Assembly (NCBI GenBank): GCA_043813585.1
Contig: JBDRKW010000020.1
Coordinates: 129,185 to 193,184 of the forward strand
From: Candidatus Kerfeldbacteria bacterium
Lineage (GTDB): Bacteria; Patescibacteriota; Patescibacteriia; UBA9570; XYC2-FULL-38-9
Direction: 5' to 3'
Length of the DNA: 64,000 nucleotides
Part shown: positions 58,565 to 64,000 of the stretch, piece by piece
Position numbering within the stretch: the stretch's first letter is position 1
Layout of the letters: each line of letters starts with the position of its first letter
Notes under the pieces: model-generated
Told to the model about the DNA's origin: nothing
The model's input: the letters and a program-made list of their open reading frames with translations, nothing else
Databases searched by the model: none
Made by a program: the position numbers and the translations under genes

Positions 58565-59190
58565 TTCTTTATTTGATTCATGATTAAATCAATGATCTTT
58601 TCTTCATTTTCCTCTTTTGGTCCGTCGGTCGACAATATTTCCCAATTGTCGTTTTCCTCAGCCAGCTTCAGAAAATACACGCGAACCTTTTTATGGAATT
58701 CCAACTCTTCTTTATCCATCCGGTTCAGCTCTTCCGGGCCCTCTTCTTTGCGCTGAATGCCGGTTTCCGGATCAATATCAAGATACAACACCATATCAGG
58801 ATCTAGTCCATTGCGCGCATACGCATCCATTTCTTGGATCAGCTCGGTTTCTCTCAGTTCGCGTCCGCCGAGCTGGTAGGCAAATGTCGAACCTGAAAAC
58901 CGATCGCACAACACAACTTTCCCTTCTTCCAATGCAGGCCTGATGACCTCTTCAACATGCTGCGCCCGATCTGCCAGGAATAAAAACAGCTCCGTTCTTG
59001 GGAATACGGAGTGTTTATTTTCATAAAGAATTGCCTTACGGATTACTTTTCCCACTTCTGAACCGCCTGGTTCGTGCGTTTCCAATACGTCATAACCTTC
59101 ATTTCGAAGATACTCTGCAAGCGCCGAAGCATGGCGGGTTTTCCCGCTTCCCTCTCCCCCTTCAAACACGATAAACGTTCCTTTTTTCAT
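58561..59190 (-). CDS. tmk: Thymidylate kinase
   Basis: P-loop FIVFEGGEGSGKT, DR(F/Y) motif, 209 aa. Confidence 0.85.
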   Translation of the reverse strand: MKKGTFIVFEGGEGSGKTRHASALAEYLRNEGYDVLETHEPGGSEVGKVIRKAILYENKHSVFPRTELFLFLADRAQHVEEVIRPALEEGKVVLCDRFSGSTFAYQLGGRELRETELIQEMDAYARNGLDPDMVLYLDIDPETGIQRKEEGPEELNRMDKEELEFHKKVRVYFLKLAEENDNWEILSTDGPKEENEEKIIDLIMNQIKK

Positions 59191-60653
59191 TATTGCGGTA
59201 GCTTGCAGTCAATGTCGCCGTACGGTAACGGTCGGTCTTGAGTATACTGAATTCCCAACCTGTTTGCAATTTCTGCCTTCTGCAGTTCTGCGCCCAAATC
59301 AAAAGCATGGATGGGTACGGAAACGCCCATTTCTGAAGCAATCTGCTCGAATAGTCCTATAGCTGTTTTTCCCGAATAGGTCGAAATTTTCCTGCCTTCA
59401 GGCGTCAGGTGGGTTACCTCAATGGTTTTTTCCGGTGTCGTCTTTATAACGTAATTGCCCCGGGGATCCTGTTCGCACGGCAACGCCGGATAATGCTTGC
59501 CGAGTATATCCTGAACCTGCACGTAACTCTCCTGGTAAATGTGCGCAGAGCCGGAAATCGTCGTAAGCGGCCCCATTTCAAGGCCGATCGCATCTGCTAT
59601 CTCTTTTTGCAATGTACGGAATGCAAGCGTATTCTCCGGCCACGCGCGAAACATATCATTAGAACGAAGGTACGCCGTTACATGCAGTTTGTCATATTTT
59701 ACAACCGCCTGCACCAGGTTGAGGCAAGGCGGATGCTCCGACTCGTCATCAGTATCAACATTCCATAACACGCCAACCGCCCTGCGCGACCACGGCTCTT
59801 TTTTCAACTTCTCGATAATGGATGCAATCTGATCTTTCCCACCAAAATCGCGCATCCTCATGCCGTAAGTATAGCTCAGAGTCGGCTCCATTTTTGCCGT
59901 CATCACCTGGGGCAAATAGTTCTCAAAATGCTCTTTTGTAAACGGAAAATAATCCACAAAATTGATGTTGTCCGGACACTCATCAGTAATAACGGCCGCA
60001 ACATTCAATAATTCCCTCTGCGTGCCGCTCGTATAATGAGAAGTTTTCTCTTCGCCAAACCGCATAATTCCATACAGCAGCTTCAACCAGACATCCGCAA
60101 CTTTCTCGCCGCGGTAGGTATACACCGAACCCTCTGACGGATACCATTCCGATTCAATTTTCGGTTCCGGATACAGCGTCGCCTCGGCCCACGGTTCTGC
60201 CGGCCGGCCGGCCTCGTCAATGGCTTTTTGCACTATGTCCGCCTTTAATTCCCCACGCATATCCACAACGTCCACATTCCTACGAAATAATTCTACAGCT
60301 TCACGCGGAATCTCTTTCTCCACCTGCGATTCTTCTTTTCCAATTACCTCATTTTTTTCGTTGATACCATTTTCAATAAGTTTCGATAATGTATCTGCAG
60401 AACCGATTTTATCCTGGCCGCAAAGCACAATAGTCCGAAGAGTAGGGTTTGCAAGAACATTCCGCAGCAATGGATTGATACCATCGTTGGAATACAGCTG
60501 CCCCATAACCTGATACGATTCATCGCGCAATTTGGACGCAAACGCCTCTTTTGGCGTCCATAATGTAGCAACGCCAACACTCGATGAGCGGTTGCCCACA
60601 ATCAGGTTATCTGCGTAATAAATTGGCCATTCATTCAGTGGCATATCACACAA
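59190..60653 (-). CDS. Thymidylate-synthase-family (ThyA/dNMP hydroxymethylase fold) protein with about 170-aa N-terminal and about 95-aa C-terminal extra domains
   Basis: Central region aligns to ThyA (VWLKLLYGIMRFGEEK, SRRAVGVLWN, PPC catalytic Cys, LRSND, PENT with Asn at the E. coli N177 position, SAHIY). H of PCH is Leu. Flanking domains are unrecognised. Confidence 0.6.
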   Translation of the reverse strand: MCDMPLNEWPIYYADNLIVGNRSSSVGVATLWTPKEAFASKLRDESYQVMGQLYSNDGINPLLRNVLANPTLRTIVLCGQDKIGSADTLSKLIENGINEKNEVIGKEESQVEKEIPREAVELFRRNVDVVDMRGELKADIVQKAIDEAGRPAEPWAEATLYPEPKIESEWYPSEGSVYTYRGEKVADVWLKLLYGIMRFGEEKTSHYTSGTQRELLNVAAVITDECPDNINFVDYFPFTKEHFENYLPQVMTAKMEPTLSYTYGMRMRDFGGKDQIASIIEKLKKEPWSRRAVGVLWNVDTDDESEHPPCLNLVQAVVKYDKLHVTAYLRSNDMFRAWPENTLAFRTLQKEIADAIGLEMGPLTTISGSAHIYQESYVQVQDILGKHYPALPCEQDPRGNYVIKTTPEKTIEVTHLTPEGRKISTYSGKTAIGLFEQIASEMGVSVPIHAFDLGAELQKAEIANRLGIQYTQDRPLPYGDIDCKLPQ

Positions 60654-60706
60654 AGGGTACTAAAAAAGGCGCTTTTTTACAAGCTCCGCGGGCTGCACAC
60701 ATTCTG

Positions 60707-61252
60707 CTACGAATTCAGCTTTGTTATCATCTGATGCACCTCATCTTCCAGGTCTTTGATGGTACCGGTATTTTCAATCACAAATGCCGCCTGGCCGCGA
60801 AATGACGACACCTCTGTCTCTGTCGGAGCCTCTTCTTCTTTTGTGAACTCTTCGAATGACAGTTCCGTTTCGCCGACCTTCTCCCCGCGCGTTGTTGCGC
60901 GTCCGTACCGCATCTTCAACGGCGCATCAATGAATACCAGCGTAAACCCGGGAATATCCTTAAATAAGTCGATCTCACTACGCATGCGGATGCCGTCGAT
61001 AACCGCTATTTCATCCTGCGCTGACAACACATCCTTTTTCAATACTTGCGCCAAAATATCATTGCCGAGTGTTTTACGAAGTCCCGTAGCCACAGCAATG
61101 AGGTGCTCTCGCGATTTTTCCAAATGCAGCCGCGTACAAATATCTGCTAAAATATCCGACATTGTATATGCTTTTGCGCCCAACTCTGCCTGCAAAATGG
61201 CTGATGTCGTCCCCTTTCCTCCAAGTTTTGGGCCTGTCAATCCAATAACCAT
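60707..61252 (-). CDS. P-loop deoxynucleoside-monophosphate kinase-like protein (phage T4 gp1-like)
   Basis: P-loop GLTGPKLGGKGT, recalled as resembling T4 dNMP kinase SGVKRSGKDT; VIDGIR resembles IVPDTR. 181 aa. Confidence 0.45.
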   Translation of the reverse strand: MVIGLTGPKLGGKGTTSAILQAELGAKAYTMSDILADICTRLHLEKSREHLIAVATGLRKTLGNDILAQVLKKDVLSAQDEIAVIDGIRMRSEIDLFKDIPGFTLVFIDAPLKMRYGRATTRGEKVGETELSFEEFTKEEEAPTETEVSSFRGQAAFVIENTGTIKDLEDEVHQMITKLNS

Positions 61253-61782
61253 TATGCCGTATTTAATTGCACTGCATCTCCATCCCTTTCATCAATATCT
61301 TTTGTAAACATCTCGGAAACATGGCCATTCCACCCCTCGCTCGGTTCATAATGGTCATACTGGACACCGGCATCCTTCAAATATTCGATGACTGTTTTAT
61401 TCCGGTAATTCTTTCCAACGACGATTCTCTCCACCCCGGCAGCCACAACATATTTCGCACAATGAATGCAGGGACTGTACAGCGCATACAGTGTTGTACC
61501 TTTTGTTGAAGTTCCTCCGACGACAGCTGCCTGAAGAAGCGCATTATGCTCTGCATGAATCGTACGGACGCAATGTCCGTCTTCCAACAGGTGCCCTATG
61601 TCATCACAATGTTCGAGAGCCGGCGGGGCGCCGTTATACCCGGTAGACACAATCCGCTTATCTTTTACAAGAACTGCACCTGCAAAAAGGCGGTCGCACG
61701 TCGCGCGTGTAGCCACAATCCTGGCAATTGACATGAAATAATCATCCCAGGACGGCCGAATAGTTTGTGATGTCTTACTCAT
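61252..61782 (-). CDS. dCMP deaminase (ComEB-type cytidine/deoxycytidylate deaminase)
   Basis: HAEHNAL and SPCIHCAK zinc-binding motifs. Confidence 0.8.
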   Translation of the reverse strand: MSKTSQTIRPSWDDYFMSIARIVATRATCDRLFAGAVLVKDKRIVSTGYNGAPPALEHCDDIGHLLEDGHCVRTIHAEHNALLQAAVVGGTSTKGTTLYALYSPCIHCAKYVVAAGVERIVVGKNYRNKTVIEYLKDAGVQYDHYEPSEGWNGHVSEMFTKDIDERDGDAVQLNTA

Positions 61783-61825
61783 AGGAGATAGTATAGCAAA
61801 AACGGGGCGTCAATGCCCCGTTTGA

Positions 61826-62506
61826 TTATTCCACAGTTATTTTTATGCTTGGACCCATGCTCGGGCTCAAGTACACTGCTGTCATAAAGGTTCCTTTTGC
61901 TTCAGACGGACGTACTTTAGCGACCGATTCAAGAACAGTCTGGATATTCTCGGACAATGCGCTATCTTCAAACGAAACGCGCCCTATCAGCATATGTATA
62001 TTCCCGCCGTCATCGCAACGGTATGCGATTTTGCCGCCTTTCAGTTCAGTTACCATTTTTTTCACGTCCGGACCGACTGTTTCGGTTTTTGGATTCGGCA
62101 TTAAACCCTGTTGCCCGAGCGTTTTCGCGATCGGACCGAGTTTCTTCATCATATCAGGCGTTGCAACGGCGACATCAAAATCGCACTTACCTGTTGTTTT
62201 GATCTCTTCAATCACCGCATCACCACCGATAATGTCAGCGCCTGCCTCTTTAGCTTCCGCCTCCTTATCAGGAGAAACAAATGCTGCAACGCGCTTTGTC
62301 TTGCCTGACCCGTGCGGTAATACAACTGTCCCGCGGACAAGCTGCTCTGATTTTGACGGATCAATCCCAAGCCGAATATGCAGTTCAATTCCGGCGTCAA
62401 ATTTTACCGGATTCTCTTTCACTTTCTTGATTCCTTCCTCCAATGAATACTGTGTTGTTGCATCAATACTTCCTGATGCCTCTTTGTAACGTTTTGATCG
62501 TGCCAT
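61826..62506 (-). CDS. rplA: Ribosomal protein L1
   Basis: MARSKRYKEA... L1 profile, 226 aa. Confidence 0.9.
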   Translation of the reverse strand: MARSKRYKEASGSIDATTQYSLEEGIKKVKENPVKFDAGIELHIRLGIDPSKSEQLVRGTVVLPHGSGKTKRVAAFVSPDKEAEAKEAGADIIGGDAVIEEIKTTGKCDFDVAVATPDMMKKLGPIAKTLGQQGLMPNPKTETVGPDVKKMVTELKGGKIAYRCDDGGNIHMLIGRVSFEDSALSENIQTVLESVAKVRPSEAKGTFMTAVYLSPSMGPSIKITVE

Positions 62507-62555
62507 AGTTGTGTGTGGTTCAGTCGGGCGTACTCCGCCCTCCCACCCAAATTAC

Positions 62556-62978
62556 TTATTTAACTTCAACGCCCATTTGACGGGCAGTTCCTTCAACGAT
62601 TTTCATCGCCTGCTCGACATCATCCGTGTTGAGGTCAGGCATCTTGATCTCCGCGATTTCGCGGACCTGGTCTTTGGTAATTGAGCCGACCTTTTCAGTC
62701 AGCGGATTTCCTGCGCCTTTCTTGATCTTAGCCGCTTTCTTGATTAATTCGGCGGCCGGCGGCGTCTTCACGACAAAACTAAATGTCCTGTCCTCATACA
62801 CGCTAATGACCACAGGTAGGATATCTCCGCGCTGGTCCTTGGTTTTTTCGTTGAACTGCGTACAGAAATCCTGAATATTCAGTCCGTGCTGTCCGAGTGC
62901 CGGACCAACCGGCGGTGCGGGGTTTGCCGCGCCTGCAGGAATCTGCAGCTTGATCTGTGTTGTTACTGCTTTTGCCAT
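62556..62978 (-). CDS. rplK: Ribosomal protein L11
   Basis: [27 protein letters not shown] motif. Confidence 0.9.
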   Translation of the reverse strand: MAKAVTTQIKLQIPAGAANPAPPVGPALGQHGLNIQDFCTQFNEKTKDQRGDILPVVISVYEDRTFSFVVKTPPAAELIKKAAKIKKGAGNPLTEKVGSITKDQVREIAEIKMPDLNTDDVEQAMKIVEGTARQMGVEVK

Positions 62979-62983
62979 AGGTG

Positions 62984-63529
62984 TTATATCTTTTTAACTT
63001 GCAATGAATCGAGTTCAATCGGCGTCTCGCGGCCGAACATAGACACCATCACCTTGATTTTACCGTGTTCGCTGTCAACTTCGGCCACTTTGCCTTCAAG
63101 CTCCCTAAACGGACCGTCTACGATGCGAACGGTCTCGCCGACCGTAACATCGATGGTATAGGTTGGCTCTTCAATACCCATCCGGCGGTGCAAATTCTTC
63201 ATCTCAGTCTCGTCAATCGGCGTCGGAGTCGTGCCGGTGCCGATAAATCCCGTCACATTCGGCGTATTCCGCACGACATACCACGAATCATCCGTAACGA
63301 TCATGTTCACCAGCACATAGCCGGGGAAGACCTTCTCCTCCACGACTTTGCGCTTGCCGTTCTTAATCTTGATCTTTTTCTCTTTCGGCACCATAACCTC
63401 AAAAATCTTGTCTTCCATGCCCAGCGATTCAATGCGCTGGCGGAGGTTATGGGCCACATTTTCTTCATAGCCGGAATAGGTATGGATCACATACCATCGC
63501 TTTCCATGTTGTGCTGTTTGCTTCGGCAT
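62984..63529 (-). CDS. nusG: Transcription antitermination factor NusG
   Basis: [19 protein letters not shown] domain, C-terminal KOW ([18 protein letters not shown]). Confidence 0.9.
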   Translation of the reverse strand: MPKQTAQHGKRWYVIHTYSGYEENVAHNLRQRIESLGMEDKIFEVMVPKEKKIKIKNGKRKVVEEKVFPGYVLVNMIVTDDSWYVVRNTPNVTGFIGTGTTPTPIDETEMKNLHRRMGIEEPTYTIDVTVGETVRIVDGPFRELEGKVAEVDSEHGKIKVMVSMFGRETPIELDSLQVKKI

Positions 63530-63532
63530 AAT

Positions 63533-63736
63533 CTAAATAATAACTTCTAATATCTTATTGAGTGCAAAGTCGAGTGCCCCGAGAAACACCGCAAATGCCA
63601 GGCTGAACCAGATGACAACCCATGACTTTTTCCATGTTTCCTTGCGTGTCGGCCACGTGACCTTTTTCAATTCCGCATACGCCCCTTTGAGGTACGTTGT
63701 CAGCGGATTTCCTTTGTTTTCTTGTGTTTGTTGCAT
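63533..63736 (-). CDS. secE: Preprotein translocase subunit SecE
   Basis: 67 aa, single TM WVVIWFSLAFAVFLGALDFALNKI; position upstream of nusG. Confidence 0.8.
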   Translation of the reverse strand: MQQTQENKGNPLTTYLKGAYAELKKVTWPTRKETWKKSWVVIWFSLAFAVFLGALDFALNKILEVII

Positions 63737-63783
63737 ATATTGATGGATTTTAAAACACCCGTTGCGGGCGCTCTAAAACAACT

Positions 63784-63812
63784 ATACTTGATCCCGATTA
63801 TATTGTCAACAA
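63784..63812 (-). promoter_or_regulatory. Sigma70-like promoter for secE-nusG-rplK-rplA (TTGACA-N17-TATAGT on minus strand)
   Basis: Reverse complement of 63807-63812 is TTGACA and of 63784-63789 is TATAGT, about 50 nt upstream of secE. A small CCCG-CAA-CGGG hairpin lies in the leader. Confidence 0.5.
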
Positions 63813-63840
63813 TTTATACACGGCAGGCGTTGCAGCGTTA

Positions 63841-64000
63841 AACGAGTTTTGGTACGTTTAAATCCGGTCGTGGAGCCAGGAACGTTTCACCACGCCCGGG
63901 GTCCGAAGGGCCTTGTGAAGAGACCGGTTGACGGTGATCCAGCGTCAGTGGAGACCTTCCCTCATAGGGGGCATGTCAGCCAGGCGCGAAGCAACACCGA
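63841..64000. other. GC-rich (about 60%) non-coding island at the window edge; possible structured RNA (unclassified)
   Basis: No ORF in any frame across it. GC-rich hairpins (GGTCC-GAA-GGGCC, GAGACC repeats) contrast with the roughly 47% GC genome. Truncated by the window end. Confidence 0.25.

Noticed and set aside
59190-59700. Idea that the N-terminal domain of the ThyA-like protein is a fused DHFR (as in protozoan DHFR-TS)
   Set aside because: The length is compatible, but I cannot find DHFR signatures (GxGxxGxLPW, TSxxGR(K/H)T, GG). Left as an unassigned domain.
1-64000. Searched for CRISPR arrays, IS elements, transposases, integrases, phage structural genes and restriction-modification or toxin-antitoxin pairs
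   Set aside because: No direct-repeat/spacer periodicity, no terminal inverted repeats flanking ORFs, and no transposase, integrase, nuclease or methyltransferase motifs were seen. The window looks like core chromosome.
63841-64000. Attempted to call tRNA-Trp, tmRNA tail, SRP RNA or RNase P RNA in the GC-rich island upstream of secE
   Set aside because: I found no T-loop GTTCRANYC or anticodon stem-loop with a purine at position 37, no cloverleaf, no SRP domain IV (GGAAGCAGCC), and P4-like halves that are too close together for RNase P. Kept only as an unclassified candidate.

Overview
Bacterial window of about 64 kb, roughly 47% GC, densely packed with about 65 genes, many with 4-nt start/stop overlaps. 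No rRNA genes, CRISPR arrays, transposases or integrases are visible. Gene content (FemAB, TagA/WecG, DUF3048/YerB-like lipoproteins, priA-def-fmt synteny, streamlined ThrRS) suggests a Gram-positive-type or Patescibacteria-like lineage; this is an inference. Plus-strand core, left to right: a BNR-repeat protein, frr, rseP, the mreB-mreC-mreD-mrdA(PBP2) operon, greA, lysS, serS. A minus-strand cell-envelope operon follows: FemAB-family transferase, DegT-family aminotransferase, a Mur-ligase whose N-terminal domain is replaced by a polytopic membrane domain, and an alpha/beta hydrolase. Next come an FtsQ-like protein, an M23 peptidase, gltX, a TagA/WecG glycosyltransferase, a secreted repeat protein, a LigB/MEMO-like protein, a PriA-like protein with degenerate ATPase motifs, def and fmt. 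Then a processive GT2, an amino-acid permease, two tandem DUF3048-like proteins, rplY, a SEDS (RodA/FtsW) protein, dnaE, thrS (no TGS domain) and a MiaB-family methylthiotransferase. A complete de novo pyrimidine operon lies on the minus strand: carA-carB-pyrB-pyrI-pyrC-[OTCase-like transcarbamylase with altered substrate loop]-pyrD-pyrK-pyrE-[Tat-signal HExxH protein]-pyrF (strikingly URA3-like). After gatB comes a thymidylate-type module: dut, tmk, a divergent thymidylate-synthase-family protein with extra N- and C-terminal domains, a T4-gp1-like dNMP kinase, and dCMP deaminase. The window ends with rplA-rplK-nusG-secE and their promoter. The most interesting candidates are the membrane-embedded Mur-ligase/DegT/FemAB operon and the ThyA-like/dNMP-kinase module, which could encode a non-canonical pyrimidine-nucleotide modification pathway.
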